16,685 nucleotides of DNA from a virus, in UHGV virus genome UHGV-0121436; one strand, given 5' to 3'. Shown piece after piece: positions 16,379-16,685 of this stretch. A program made the position numbers and the translations under genes. The notes under the pieces are model-generated. The model ran no database searches, was not told where the DNA came from, and saw nothing but the letters and a program-made list of their open reading frames with translations. Within the stretch, counting starts at the first letter, position 1. Each line of letters starts with the position of its first letter.

Positions 16379-16473
16379 CAGAACGTGCCCCCGCGCACGG
16401 GCGGCACGGGGTGGCGAAAGGCACTGCCACATCAAAACCCCGTCCACCGCCCTCTATTTCAGGAGAAAGCAGC

Positions 16474-16685
16474 ATGAAGTTTGTTGCGCCAGAACAGGCA
16501 CCGGAACAGGTGGAAATCATCAGAAATACGCCGTTCTGGCCTGATGTGGACCTGTCGGAGTTTCGCAGTGTCATGCGCACTGACGGCACGGTGACGCAGC
16601 CGCGTTTAAAGCAGGTTGCGCTGTCGGCAATTTCGGAGGTCAACGCAGAGCTGTATGAGTTTCGCAGACGTCAGCAGATGCTGGG
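16474..16685 (+). CDS. L: Head completion/stabilisation protein (P2 gpL-like), N-terminal part only (runs off the window end)
   Basis: ATG 16474 preceded by AGGAGAAAG. Translation MKFVAPEQAPEQVEIIRNTPFWPDVDLSEFRSVMRTDGTVTQPRLKQVALSAISEVNAELYEFRRRQQML resembles the P2 gpL N-terminus. Still open at position 16685. Confidence 0.8.
   Translation, partial: MKFVAPEQAPEQVEIIRNTPFWPDVDLSEFRSVMRTDGTVTQPRLKQVALSAISEVNAELYEFRRRQQML

Noticed and set aside
16380-16473. GC-rich inverted repeats between M and L (for example CGTGCC...GGCACG)
   Set aside because: No U-run follows, so this is not a convincing intrinsic terminator, and L is expected to be co-transcribed with M. It may be an mRNA structural element, but there is no evidence for a specific function.
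14119-16643. Antisense ORFs within O, N and M (14119..14574, 14169..14564, 14546..15208, 14835..15080, 15575..16057, 15897..16220, 16054..16266, 16290..16643)
   Set aside because: All are antisense to capsid/terminase genes that closely match P2 gpO/gpN/gpM patterns. Arg/Ser/Ala-rich translations are typical of GC-rich shadow frames.
1-16685. CRISPR arrays, tRNA/rRNA genes, IS elements
   Set aside because: No regularly spaced direct repeats, no tRNA-like cloverleaf-sized conserved segments and no transposase-like ORFs or terminal inverted repeats were seen. The att site and any tRNA integration target presumably lie outside the window to the left.

Overview
This window reads as a P2/186-family temperate phage (probably an integrated prophage, permuted at att) from an enterobacterial host. 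Left to right: a leftward lysogeny operon (repressor, a small secreted-protein gene, then integrase running off the window start); a rightward early operon (Apl/Cox-like, CII-like, three small ORFs, a TraR/DksA-type zinc-finger protein, a Dam-type adenine methyltransferase and the rolling-circle replication protein A); an approximately 3.8 kb accessory interval between gene A and the portal gene; then the head/packaging genes Q and P (minus strand) and O, N, M, L (plus strand, L truncated at the window end). The accessory interval is the most interesting part. It holds a LexA-box-controlled DinI-family (Tum-like) module, an AT-rich 525-aa ORF with TPR-like repeats and a C-terminal HEPN-like R-x4-H motif, a probable cos site, and a 258-aa CoiA-like putative nuclease bounded by a bidirectional terminator. 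The 525-aa and CoiA-like genes sit where P2-like phages carry variable anti-phage cargo (tin/old position) and are my best candidates for an undescribed defence system. All family assignments come from reading the translations and from memory of these families; no database search was run.
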